Below are positions 1 to 12,984 of a stretch of 64,000 bases of DNA, one piece after another. The notes beneath the pieces were generated by a model that worked only from the letters and a program-made list of their open reading frames with translations, did no database searches and was not told the DNA's origin. Source of the stretch: Felis catus (Eukaryota); NCBI RefSeq assembly GCF_018350175.1, contig NC_058368.1, positions 38,008,001 to 38,072,000 on the forward strand, read 5' to 3'. Every line of letters begins with the position of its first letter. Within the stretch, counting starts at the first letter, position 1. The position numbers and the translations under genes were made by a program.

Positions 1-249
1 TCCCTGAGGATGAACAGAGTTGTTAATGGGCTCACAAAGCAGGCCAGTAAGTAGTCCTCACAAAGTGCAATTAGAGAAAGCAGGCAAGCCAATTAGTAAT
101 CAGAGACAGGAATTGATTCAGATAGGCATCAGGAATGCTCACTACTGGGTGATATCACTCACTCAACCAATCAATCATCCTGGGTGAAGAAAGGAGAAAG
201 AATCATGAAAGATCTCTTGGATATGTATGTACTGATTTTGACTTCTTTT

Positions 250-461
250 TTTGTTTTGTTTATTTATTTTGAGAGCATGTGTGCATGTGCACATGCAGGG
301 GAGGAAGGGGGAGGGAGAGAGAGAGAGGAGAAAGAGAGAAAGGGAGAAAGAGAAAGAAAATCCCCAGCATGAAACAGGGCTGAACCCAGGAACTGTAAGA
401 TCATGTTCTAAGCCAAAACCAAGAGTCAGAAACTTAACCGACTGAGCTTCCCAGGCACCCC
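250..461 (-). mobile_element. CAN-SINE (carnivore tRNA-derived SINE)
   Basis: Reverse-complemented head ...ccaggcacccc, purine tract and T-tail; TSD tgacttctttt at 239-249 and 462-472. Confidence 0.93.
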
Positions 462-828
462 TGACTTCTTTTGTGTCTGAGGTCCATGACATCTGTTTTT
501 AAGGGGTGTTCATTTGAGAAGCAGTGAGCAGTTGGAAAACTAGAGCACTGAACTAAGAACAAACAATATATCTTAAAATATTATGTGCTTATTGTCAAAT
601 TTTGGTTTAGATTATAGAAATAGTAATGCTAAAGAGCTAAGGAGTTTTGCTTCCCAGCATTTATCTATTAGGAACATGCTGTTGACCCCTATTGCCAGTA
701 CTTGAATATCTCTGGACCCACTTCTCTGCTCTGTGGAATGATGGTTTGGAATAAGTCATTTTCAGGGACCTCTTTGACATAAAACGTCTATGATTCTTTT
801 TAGTTCTAACAAAAACAACAGAGATAGA

Positions 829-1045
829 GGGGCTCCTGGGTGGCTCAGTCAGTTGGGCATCCAACTTCAGCTCAGGTCGTGATCTCACAGTTTGTGGGTT
901 CGAGTACCGTGTTGGGCTCTGTGCTGACAGCTCCGAGCCTGGAGTCTGCTTCCGATACTGTGTCTTCCTGTGTGACCCTCCCATGCTCATGATCTATCTG
1001 TCTCTCAATAATAAATAAAAGTTTTAAAAAAATTAAAAAAAAAAC
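829..1045 (+). mobile_element. CAN-SINE (felid type)
   Basis: Head ggggctcctgggtggctcagtc, B box ggttcgagtacc, aataaa and A-tail; TSD acaacagagataga at 815-828 and 1046-1059. Confidence 0.95.
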
Positions 1046-2760
1046 ACAACAGAGATAGAAAAGAAAGCTTCAAACAACAAATATATGCAAATATTAAAGA
1101 TAAACTGGGATTGAAAAGGAATAGTCTGTTAAGAAAAAGATCTTAATGTATCCTGTAAGCAATCATAAAGTTGAAGGTAAAGGGTGTTTCTATTTATAAA
1201 ATACAAATAAGTTTATAAAATAGATAGGCAGAAAGAAACCAAAAGTGGATAAATATTTGGAAATATTAATTGGATAAATATAAGAATATTTGTATAAACA
1301 ATATGTAACATTTATAGTAGTAAAAGGAATAAAAGCAGGTGTTAAACCCTACCAAATAGAGAAATAGGGAGGACCATTTATGGTTTATTATATATAATTG
1401 AGCTGAAAAAAGTTTTGATTATTAATAGAAAATGTTAATAAGAAATATAAAATTTTAGATGAGTCTTTAGTGAAATTCCACTGAGACATTTTATGGTAAA
1501 AAAATAGTAAGTTTCTTCATTTTTGTCATATAATCCTAAGAATTAAAAAAAAAATCAAGTGCACTGCATTTCAATCCTTTTTTTTTTTTTCATCGTTTCG
1601 TGAATCACATAATGCCCACACATGATAGAGCCTTATATTCTAAGGTTGTAAGATGTTGACAATGAACTACCTTGCCACCTGATCCCGGTGCCATTATTCA
1701 ATGCTTTTTGTTAAACATGGGATTTTTCTATTACTCTTATTTAAGTCCACCTGAAAGGGCTGTTAAAAGTGCTGTGATTGTTGTTCTTGTATCCTACCAG
1801 CATGGTTAGCCATGAGACATGGTTTGAAATTGGATTTCATTAATAGCTCAGCAGCCTATTAGTATCCCCTCTGTATGAAGGCATGTCAGATTCATAGAGA
1901 ACAAGCAGGGACCCGTCTTAGTTTGATCTCACAGGCACCATCCTTTCTAAAGTAAGGTAACATGCTCAATCAAACCACGGGTCTTGATGCATCCTCGTTT
2001 CTGAAGACCCAAACCCCAGGCATATGGGTTTGTCTCATTTTTAGATACACATAATAAAACGGTCATTCGGAAAGTTCATTCATGTGTGTGTGGTACAACT
2101 GCTGACACAGTAAGCTTGCATTCTTTTAGAACGTGGGGCACAGTGGGTGTTTGCAACAGGCTCTATTTGCTAGTCAGCTCTCACAATGGATCACAGTTGA
2201 AGTCCTTTCACTCCAGGCTTCAAAATTGAAACGCAAACCCTCTGAGAAATCTTTCATGTATTGCTTTTAAGCTGGGCTGCAAAAATAATGAGCAATTAGT
2301 TCTTGTAATGATGCACTGCTGTTTGGATGAACGACTTGTAGATATTTCAAGTAGCCCATTGGGATCCTGGAGAAAAGAAAAGAAATCTACTTAGGATGAA
2401 CCTTCCCTATTTAGTCTTCAAAGTCCTAGGTTGCTCACCACCAAGCTGAGCTTCTGAATAAAATGGTTGCTTTTAGCCTCCATGAAATGCTGGCACCCTG
2501 TCAGAATCCTGTATTTCAAGTTCCATTTCCTAGTGCCAAATTTTCATGCTATGTAACTCTTTAGGTAGCCTCTAAGAAAAGTTAAAGCTTATATAAAACC
2601 GAATTATTTTTTCTACAGAGTTAATTCTACTTAACAGATCTGTTTGCAGCTTTTACCATACATAGGACTTTCATGAGAAAAAAAGATACTCCATCCTTGA
2701 GCCCTTTCTTTGAAAGTCCGTCAAGGGAACACCCGGGAGCTGATGGTTTGTCTTCTGGTA

Positions 2761-2772
2761 CACACACGCGTG

Positions 2773-2804
<32 letters not shown>

Positions 2805-2806
2805 CA
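2761..2806. repeat. (CA)n microsatellite
   Basis: Imperfect CA run seen directly. Confidence 0.95.
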
Positions 2807-3572
2807 TAATGGATCTGGACTATATTAGATTTAAATTTATCTGGAATTCTTTAAACCTAATAAATATAGTTTAGTAATCCCATGCTTAATCAATTTTGCT
2901 TTGACTTCTTTCTTTTGTAAAAGGTGTGAACACTTTCAGAAAGCTCTAAAATTCCAATATTAGCATTTAATAAATTTAGGTTTGGAAAGTCTTAAAAAAA
3001 TTTTTCCTGCATGAATACCTGTATCGAGAAACCAAGTCCTCATGGTGAGTGATGTTGTTGCATTTCTAATTTCATATGGATGCTGCTTCAGAATAGACTC
3101 TTAGGACAAAAGAACAAGAGTTAAACATACTTTCTCTATTCACAGTTATTTCATGACATTACTTCTTAGGTTACCTTATTTTAAAAATATATAAAAATAC
3201 ATTGAGGCAAACATTGGCAGTATAATTTATTAACATCTTGCTTGGGTCAGATCAGTTCATCAGATCCCTGAGGGAAATCTAGTAAAAAAAAAAAAAAAAA
3301 GATACTCATAGGAAACTGTTACAGGAAAAAGAAAAAAGGAATCCATGTATCGTTAGAACATGGGGCTCTAAATGTGTACTCTAATAGATTATTGGTAACC
3401 AGAAAATAGAGATTGCCTTGAGACTGCAAGAACCCCTTCATCGGAATCCATGTGTTTTTGTGTCTTTACCTAATGTAAGCTATACCATTCCATCCTTGGC
3501 ACTTGGCAAGCTCTCAATCTTTGCTGAATTAAGAATGTGTGGCATTCGTTTTATGGAGTAGTCTTCTGGCAC

Positions 3573-3823
3573 GGTATACTGGGTGAAGGTCAGGTAGAAA
3601 GTAACGTGGGTGCTCTAATCAGAGGATTTCTTTTTAATCTCATCATATTCTCTCATAGGTATATTGGTCTGTGTCTGTTATGACTTTCGGTGACTATAGG
3701 AAAAAGCCTCTCTTCAATATCTGCCAAATTCTCTCTAGAATCTTACTGTGTGAATGGCAAATCATTTTAGTTTTTGCTCCCTGTGCACTGCTGATGACGC
3801 CACACTGTTCGGTGCAAGGAGTC
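3573..3823. repeat. Diverged direct repeat, copy A (paralog of 5163-5393)
   Basis: Colinear shared blocks: gaaggt, agaaagta, taatc-N4-gattt, ctctt.aatatctgc, gca.tgctgatgac, tgttc.gtgca. Confidence 0.85.
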
Positions 3824-5162
3824 CTATTTGAAGCCAGAGACCATCCTGGACAGTGGGGGAGGTGCAATCAGAGAAGCTAATGACTACAGTGTGTTTCAGA
3901 GTAAGACTTGGAGAGAAGTTCCCTCCATACCAGTCTCCATGTTTTCTGTAAATCTTTTATCCTCTCCAGGGAAAGACTCAATATGAATGACATAATTTGG
4001 ATTTCTGCAAAGCAGGAATCTCTCTCTAGTGGAGGATTAAGGACTGAGAAAATTAGAAACACTCCAGGAGCTGAAGAGGGTGGGAAGTTAATAGATGACT
4101 GGTAATGGAGAGATCAGAACAAAGGGCCTGGGGGGGATTATGAGTCTAAAGACCACTTCATCAAAAATTTGAAGTGAGGAAAACCTATCAAGTAGGAAAG
4201 CAATGGAACCGTTTATTCAGCTCACAAAAGAGACTTTAGACGATTCTTATAGAGACTTTCTAAGCCAAAAAAAAAAAAAAAAATTTTGTAGTGTGGGCAC
4301 AGCAAAAACTTCACACATGAGGAATCAAACAGAATAGTAAATCCACCATTTTTCTGCATGGCAGGGCTTTAATGTTAGAAAATTTCCTGACAAAGAGGCT
4401 ACAAGGCCCACAGGCTCCTTGTTCTGCCCCCAATAATGATCTCATGCATTCCAGAGCTACAGGCACCTAGGAAGAAGTGCAAAATGCTTACACCTGGAAA
4501 ATAAGTTTCCGGCTTCTCTCAGTTTGCAGAAGCATGTATCTGTCTGATTTGAGATCTGTTTTTCTGTCTCAAAATGCTCATTTTTCCAGCCAAGCTTCCT
4601 GAGCAGAGCTTCAATACCATTTTCATCCAACTGCTTGTACAGGAAGTAAATGCTTTTTTGTTTGTAATTTCACCAGAGCAGCTGCTTGTGAACTCCCCAT
4701 TATCTGCAACAATAAACTCCCTGGAGGAGAGGTTTGCTTGTGATCAGGCAGGAGTGAGGTAGGTTGAGTGTGGTTTCCCCATGACCTTCACAAGCAGGCA
4801 GCGTCTTTGTCTTGTTCTGATTCTTCAGTCTTTCTGACACCCTGTGCGCCACCACCCCTCTCCTTCCCAAATGGAATTCTAATTCAAATAGAAGATTACG
4901 GTGCTAGAGCTGAAGACGTATTATGGAACAAATCCAAATGGATAAAGCCTATTTTCCGACTCACAAAAATCCTCTCCTTTTTGACATTTCCAAATGGTCA
5001 AATGATTAAGAAAGAGGCCAAATGAAGAAGCTTTTCCACCCTACCTTTTCTTGTAGCATACACCTGGACAATGATTGGGAGGTGGGAATAGAAATATGGA
5101 ACTCTTATACCATGCCCTTTGACCTTGATATTGAGCGGAACCTCGCGATAAAATATCAGTGA

Positions 5163-5393
5163 AGTGTAGTGGGGGAAGGTGGGGCACAGAAAGTAGAATA
5201 GGGTGCCATAATCTAAGGATTTTCTTCCATCACAATTCTTTCATAAGTAAGTTCTTGTGTATGACTTCCTTTCTGTGACAATAAGAGAAAGGCTTCTCTT
5301 TAATATCTGCAATATTCTGTCAAGAAACTTATTCTGTTTAATTTTTGATCCGTATGCATTGCTGATGACAACAGAATGTTCAGTGCAGAGTCT
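5163..5393. repeat. Diverged direct repeat, copy B (paralog of 3573-3823)
   Basis: Same blocks in the same order; 15-nt deletion relative to copy A. Confidence 0.85.
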
Positions 5394-6732
5394 GAGGCTA
5401 ATACTGTGCAGGATGTTTTTGTGTGTGTGTGTGTGTGTTTTCTTTTGTTTGTTTGTTTGTTTGTGTTGTTTTGGCCACTTCTCCCAAGACCCTGAATTCA
5501 CATTGTGCCTCATAAAAAATGTGCAGATTTGCAATTCCAAATATGGGTAACTCGGACAATAAGCTTTTTTCTTCATATGTGAAGAAAACAAATAATAGTG
5601 ATTTAATAAGGATGATGCCTTTGGGAATTATGAAGACACAACTAAATTTAGATACACAGAATTTACCTTTAAAAGAGAGTGAAAGCATTGCTTTCAAAAT
5701 AACTGAGAAATCCCTTTTTATTTAATTAAAATTATCATGAGTTTTTCTTCATTCAGTTATAGTCAATCATAAAATGAAAGCCATTTGAACCTAAAGGGAC
5801 AGTCAGGGAACAAATATTTCTCTAACTACTATTGGAGATAGATTCTACATGCTTAGTTGTTGAAATTTTCCTTAAAGAGAAAACTTAAAGCCTAAGTCAA
5901 TCAAGATTATCTGCTTCCTCAATGATCTCTAAGAGCAGTAGATTAAAGAGAAAACAGACAAAGTGGAAAAATTGGAAGGGGAATATCCATTTTGTCTTTT
6001 AAAGTCTGGTTTCAACAGTTTCATGTTGAAATGGCTTAATTTCAAGAGCAAATTTCTGAAATGGCGGGCTTGACACTAAGAATACCATTGGAGCTGAGGA
6101 CAAAGACTATACAGCATAGAATTTTTTTTCCTGATTTCCCTGCCAGTCTGAGGTCAGACTGACCTTTTATCGCTCTGATTTTTACCCTTAAACTTTGCTG
6201 TCTCATTAGTGAATTTTGTTCTAATTTTAGTGATTAAGCCTTTTCTATAAAACCAGAAGTGTTTACCAAAAAGGGATCCTGAATTCCAAATGAGAATGTC
6301 TCAGACCTAAGGACAAAGAGGTCAAGTTCTGTAACCAGATCAGATCATCCTATCTCTTGCAGTGTTCCTTTGATTTTTCCATTCTATTGCCCAGTCTCTT
6401 AATAGGAATTCTATTAAAACTTCTCCAGAGTTCATTGTCACAAATCTGATGTAGAAAGACCAACTGAGATGCCAATTTAAGTGCTGGTCTTTAATGAAGT
6501 ATTTGCTTTTACATTTTATGACTTTTTAAACTTTTTTAATGTTTTTTCTTTCTCCTATATTCATGAGGTTCTTAATTTCTTGTTAAATCATATTCTTTTT
6601 ATATCTTAGATTTCAAGGAAATTTTAACTTATAAGAGGGAAATTCTTTTTGATTAGATTCATTTCCCTTCACTGACCACGGACAGCTGTCCTTTGCCTGC
6701 CCTTAAATGCCTCCACTCCTGACAGGAAAGTG

Positions 6733-7408
6733 TGTTGGCTTGAAACTTTGGGGGTTACCTGGGTGAAATTCAAAACTGGTCTCCTGGAGCACCTGGGTGG
6801 CTCAGTCAGTTAAGTGTCAGAGTCTTGATTTTAGCACAGGTCATGATCTCGTGGTTTTTGAGATTGAGCCCTGTGTAGGGCTCTTAACAGCACAGAACTT
6901 GCTTGGGATCCATTCTCTCCCACGCTCTCTCTCTCTGACCTTCCCCCCACCCACCCATGCATGCTTGCTCTCTCACTCTCTCTCTCTCTCTCAAAAAAAA
7001 TGTAAAAAAAAAGAAAAAAAAACTGGCCTCCATACACAGAGGGTGAGGAGAGAACGAAGAAAGCGGCAGACCCATACATATTGGTAGGTAGAAGGCTTAA
7101 TAAGCAGGGAATTTACCTACTAGGCCTGTCTTAGACAACCGCAAGAGAAGTAGACATCCACATCTGTCAACCAGAATCTTAAGAGTTCATACAGAGGCCT
7201 TAACAGGGTTCAGTGTTGTACTCAGTGTCCATTGTCTCCACAACACATTACTCTCCCAAAGCTGCACCTTCGTCATGTCTCCTAGTGTGGGAACGTGAGT
7301 AGAATGTATATTCCAAGGACAGGGTGTAGGGGTAAGGAGCCTCTGACTGTCTGGGTCCTGATCATAGGTCAAATAGCAGTCGTGTCCCTTTGATGACCTG
7401 CACCAACC
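6733..7408. mobile_element. Solo ERV LTR interrupted by a SINE
   Basis: Termini tgttgg...ccaacc (near-inverted TG...CA) flanked by a perfect 5-bp TSD aagtg (6728-6732, 7409-7413); family and strand not established. Confidence 0.75.
6786..7018 (+). mobile_element. CAN-SINE inserted in an LTR
   Basis: Head ggagcacctgggtggctcagtc, CT tract, A-tail; TSD aaaactggtctcc / aaaactggcctcc. Confidence 0.93.
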
Positions 7409-10400
7409 AAGTGGTACAGAACAGCATCTTTGGGGCTCAGCTTATAGACCATGCAGTCGCAAGTTGTTCTGTGTGGCAGTGAACAAGTGCTCAACATCTT
7501 TCCATCTATTTTATGAATTTATGGATAATAATAGTAATGCATCATATTGATGTGAAAAATGGACTAAAGTGTTCCAATTAAAATACTTAGTGTAATGTGA
7601 AGTACCTGGGAAATGCAATCAACTTTAATAAGTCTAAAGTGTGAGAAAATGGTGGCCTTAGTCTTGGAGGGGCAAGAATGCAGTGTGTGCTTGATGGCTG
7701 TGTAATCAATTGGAGATAATGCATCACATCTGAACTAGAGGAAGCTAGAGAATGAGCAAGGTACTCAGTGCCCAAAGCCTTTGTATAAGAAGTTTATGTC
7801 CTATGGGTTGGAAATAGCAGTGAAATTAAGACTTGTAAAGGTTGAGGACAAAATTTACCAACTTCAAATTGTTTTGTTGTAGTTATGATGGGTTAATGTG
7901 TGTGATGCAGATAACGGATTAAACATGTTGTAAGAGTATATTGTATTTATTGTCATTGGGTCCCACATACTATTACAAAAGTATACAAATAACTTTTGAT
8001 AAAATTATTTAAAGGTATACAAAATATTTTTTTTTTTTGCCTTTAAGTAATCTGAGAGGAAGATAGTATTCTGATGCACAGAAAGATAGACAAGAGCTGG
8101 AGTATTGGGGACATTTTATACTAGGTTTAGAGTTTCTATTTGAAAAAATGAACCAAGAAGGGACTTAAATATAACTATGACACAAACAGATTTGCAGTCA
8201 GGGTTATCTTCAGATTGGACATAAATGATAGCACAGGCAGAGAGGCAAAGAGATGGCCGTAGCCCCAATCACCATAAAAGAGAGGTGGAAACGAAGGACT
8301 ACAGGAATTACAGTAGGACTATTCAGAAGCTGAAAAACTAATGGGGTTAGAAAACAGAAGTTTCTTATTTATAAAGAAATGGATTTCTCTCCAGGTTATC
8401 CAAACATGATAGTTTGTAGTTGTGAGTTATAATATGTGTAAATGTGTGCTTAGACACCCCATACGTTGTCAGGGAAATGATAGAAGAGGAAGTAAAATCT
8501 CTATCTAGGGCACCTATTTAAGATGTTGATTTGTCACATCCTGAAAATTACCCTTGGAGGAAATCCATCAATTTATCCAAGCAGTGATATAAAGTGTCTA
8601 GTATATGAATGACCTTGCAACTCACTGGATGTGTCCAGTGCATTATCGGACCTAATTGTTGTTTGACTGGGGGAGCCTGAGCTTCTCCAGAATTTAGGTT
8701 CTCTGCCTGGTAAGCCAACTGAACAGAAGAACAAGTGGCATTGATGAAACTAATTTATCGCACAAATAGCATATTGGTATAATGTATTTAACATCATTTG
8801 TTACACTAATGTCAATGCCTTATGAATAATGAATGCATCTGAATGCAATGGTTTTTCCCTAAAGTTTACAGCATCTCAAAGGTCAGTTTCACATTCTAAA
8901 ATCAGTGCATTTGACTCAATTTCGTAAACATGCATTGATCTCTTTCCATGTGCCAATCACTGCACTAATGCCAGGACTCTAAAGGGGTCACAGAAAGGAA
9001 TAGACTCAGCAGTTAGAACCAGGATGTAAACCAATCCATTAAGGTGAAACAGACTGGGGAGATATATGGTGTACCTGTCTTTACAGGAAAACAGAGGCCA
9101 AGTCTCAACTCTAGAGATAATCTCACAATCTAATTATTAGTTTTAATAATCATATTAACACTTCAGAACTTCAGAGAAAGGGATTGGAAATATTCACATT
9201 TCACTCAAGTACAAATATGTTCATTGATACAGTAAACGGTTATGAACATAATTTGAAATTTAACTTTGGCAAGTATTTTGTGAGTGAGTAGCACCTTTTC
9301 AGATTTCAGAACAGTACCCATGTTCAGATTTTATCATATTTTGCTTGTTTGGTCTCTAAATGAGAATTTATCCTTCCCTACGTTCAGAATGAGGAGTAGG
9401 TGTGATAAATAGGTTTTTAAGTGTAATAATTGAAATAATCCACAGCTTTACAGAGAGGTCGAAGGTCCTCGTGAATCCTGCTTAGCCTCCCTTTGTTGTT
9501 TGATTTGAAAGGGATCTAGCAGTCCACAGAACTATTGTAGGTGAATGGGTACAGAATTCACATCAATGATACTGTCATCTGTCACGATCAAATTCATTCA
9601 GTTTGCCTACCACTTCTCAATGTTAAGAGGGGGGAAGGGTACTTTTGTTTAAAAAAAAATGCATTCATGCCAACACAGTACCAAAAAAAAAAAAAGAAAA
9701 AAAGAAAAGAAAAGAAAAAAAAAAACACAAAGCTCTCTTAGTCCTTTGCAAGCAAACAGTAAAATTGCAGAAGTGTGGATGGAGCAGCGTGCCCTAGTCA
9801 CAGTTCAGTAGCAATTACTGAGGATGATTGTGTTTGCTCTCTCCAGGAGATGTCACTACAGAGACTGGCAAGGACATGCTTCACCTATTTGTGGCAAAAA
9901 TACAACCAGGGGTGGTGATGGAAGCAGGGGAGATGTGAAGCTTCACTCACACTAAAAATACATTTGTTCATTTAAACTGCATTCTTCCTCTGAGTAAAGG
10001 GGGGAAAAATAACAAACAATGTATAGCTTGCTTTAGAAAAACTTTTATGTTTTGTACTTGTTCATTAAGGAAGGCCACTTTTAACTACACTTACAGAAGG
10101 ATTGCTGATAAAAATATCTGAAAAGGGAAGTCGTTGGTTGTTGTATACCACGATAAAAGCACTTTATTTTTTCCAAAGTGAAGTCATGTATACTTTATTA
10201 GAACTTCAGGGCAAGAGTTTGTTTATAAGGCTTTCAATATATGTTTTTTATGCTTTTGCTTCCATAAATATAAAAGAACAGAAATATTTTTACTTGGTGG
10301 AGCTGAAAATTTAGCTATTCAGCTTCAGGGATCAAAATTTTTACAGCGTATACGACTCAACTCTCGAAAAGAGATTGTAGATTTTATCTATAAGATTTCT

Positions 10401-10619
10401 CTCATAACTCCACAAATATTGTGGTGTAGATATCGGCATAGAGAAGCATGTGTTATTAATTGCATTGTAGATATTAGAATCAAACACTATATTTAGGCAT
10501 TCAATTATCACAGGACTAATTTTATCTAATCTGTCTAATCTATTAATTGTTAATTGATTGAGACTTAATTTAGATATATCAAAAGACAACTGAATCCCAT
10601 AAATTAAAAAAAAAATACT

Positions 10620-10799
10620 GGATCCCCTGGGTGGTCCTTTGGTTGAGTGTCTGAGTTGATTTTGGCTCAGTGAGGTCGAGTCCCACATAGGGCTCTGTAC
10701 TGACAGCGTGGAGCCTGATTGAGATTCTTTTCTCTCTCTGCCTCTCCCCCCATGTGCGCATGCCCACTCTCTCTCTCAAAATAAATAAGTATTTAAAAA
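10620..10799 (+). mobile_element. Diverged CAN-SINE
   Basis: cctgggtgg...ggttgagtgtctga...gggctctgtactgacagcgtggagcc...ctctcaaaataaataag. Confidence 0.88.
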
Positions 10800-12984
10800 C
10801 TTGTTTGATGCCATACAGTAAATGTAAGCACATAAATAACAATACAATTTGTTTTTCAGTCTCTACATCAGCACCTACCGCATTGCTTAATACAGGGAGG
10901 CAACCAGTACATACTTGTATATCAAATTACTTAATTAATGAAGGCATATAGTTCTATTCATAGAAATCTAATTATCCTCACACATCGTCATCTTGATTTT
11001 CATATGGGCCAAACAAAATTGAGTAGGAAGAAAAATAGGTTTTAATTATTTGATAAGGCAGAGATATTTTCTAAAGGAATGTCTCCTCATCTCAATGTTA
11101 CCCATCATTATTTGTACCAATTCCTCTTTAACACTGAGGAACCTAGGCTGAAAATTTCTAATGAGGGGAATTTTTCTTGTTAAACATAAAAAAAATCCTT
11201 GAGCAACTTCCCAGGAAATGTTTTGTTTGTGCTTGTTTTTCATCAGGCAGTTATTTTATACATGATAAATCAGTTCACATCTAGTAAACTCTCTCACCTG
11301 TCATAATACTGTCATTCTTAAGTATTATATACAGTATTCCATAGTGAATGAGAGTAACTTTTTTCTGTTAAACATTTATCTATTATATTTTCAAATTTTA
11401 CTAAATTAGGTTAGTAATTCTACTAGATTAGTATATATATTGATTGCCCCAAAATTTGATGATATAAATAAGATTTAGATGGCAAACAGTATATTTACAG
11501 TGAATTTTATCAGAGGTATGTTTAAGCAACTATGATTACATGTGTTAGATTGCTTTAAATAGAGGGAACAAAGAGAATTAAGTAGGGTGGACAAGCTGAC
11601 GTGTGAATCACTCAGTGAGCTTATGCTAGTCAGTGGGCATGAAAAGGAAGACAGAACAGTGCTTTCTGTTGATTAAATTCAACTTCTGCAAGATTTGTAA
11701 TTGAGCATCTCACAATGCAGTGGGTAATTTGTGTTCAAATGCCCAGTACAGATTTTCATATCACTTGGTTACTCATTTTATCTGTAATCATCTTAAGAAA
11801 TCTCAATATGTTTCAATGCCAGAAGAAAAACTGACTGTTGAGCCTAATTAATGGGGTTCTTTATGGTTGACTTAAGTGACTTTTAGAAAAATTTTGCTTA
11901 TGCTAATTCACTGTACATACCAAATTTAGAGCTTAATTTCCAGACTTACCGTAGCATCTATCATTTCTAAGCTATTTTCTAAGGCACATGCATATTTCTA
12001 ATACAAAATTAGATCTTACGTATTTTTTAAAAGTATTCATATCCTTTATATCCTTGAAGAAAACATTACATGATTATGTTGAAAAGCAAAAGAGAGAAGC
12101 GTTGTTAGTAGCATCTTGACTATCAGTTAATAACTTGCCATAGTGGTCTCCAAGTTTTTCAACACTCTGACAAAGTTGAGAAATATTTCACAGTGTCCAT
12201 TATAGAGTAGATTTTCAAATGGAAATCAAGCACTCTGAAACAAACATTAGAAATATGAAGGGTCAGAGACTTGGGGAGAGGGAAGCATTTATAAGTGATT
12301 CTTACATGTTTTCTTGGGAGTTCTCTTAATCATTGCCATGAAAAAATTGGTGTGTGTGCTTCATAAATACAGTCCACACATAGACACTTGAGGAAAGAAG
12401 GGTACTAAGTAGGAAAAGGAAACCATACAATTAGAGGCAAAAAAGCACACACATCAAATGTTGAATACTTTACAGTTTGTCAAGTGGTAACTCATTTGTG
12501 TCATCTATCTCCTCTTAGATACTTCGTAAAAATGTCTAAAATGAAAAGATTTATGATAGGTTTTTAATTAGAGGCCAGAGGCCTAGGGAAGTAAGATCTG
12601 CTATGTGCCCATGGCTGCTTTAGCTCTTTCTCCTAATAACTGAACTGCCCAGCCATTCACATTCCATATGAGATATCTTATACAGTGCAATAAAATACAT
12701 GAAACATTTCTTACTGTTAGGGGAATTATTAATGGCACATAATTAAAAATTTTCCAGGCTTCAGTACATTTGATAAATCCATGGGTATCAAACAATAAAT
12801 ACAAAATGGCAGATTTCATGCATATGATAATGGTGGCATTTAGTTTTATCTCTTTAGCATTCAAATTCTTAGAAATATTTGATGTCCTTTAGAATTTGAA
12901 TGTATGAAGATTGCTTTCTTTTCTATTTATCCACAATAGAAGTTGCTAGAATATTAAAATAAACAAATTCATAAATTCTAAACT

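Noticed and set aside
175..990. 105-109-aa ORFs near the window start
   Set aside because: They derive largely from CAN-SINE sequence; similar pseudo-peptides recur at other SINEs.
3791..3816. SECIS element (AUGA in a hairpin)
   Set aside because: No opposing GA for the quartet, no apical AAR motif, and the stem is too short.
5362..5395. C/D-box snoRNA (tgatga...ctga)
   Set aside because: The boxes are only about 30 nt apart and the D box is absent from copy A.
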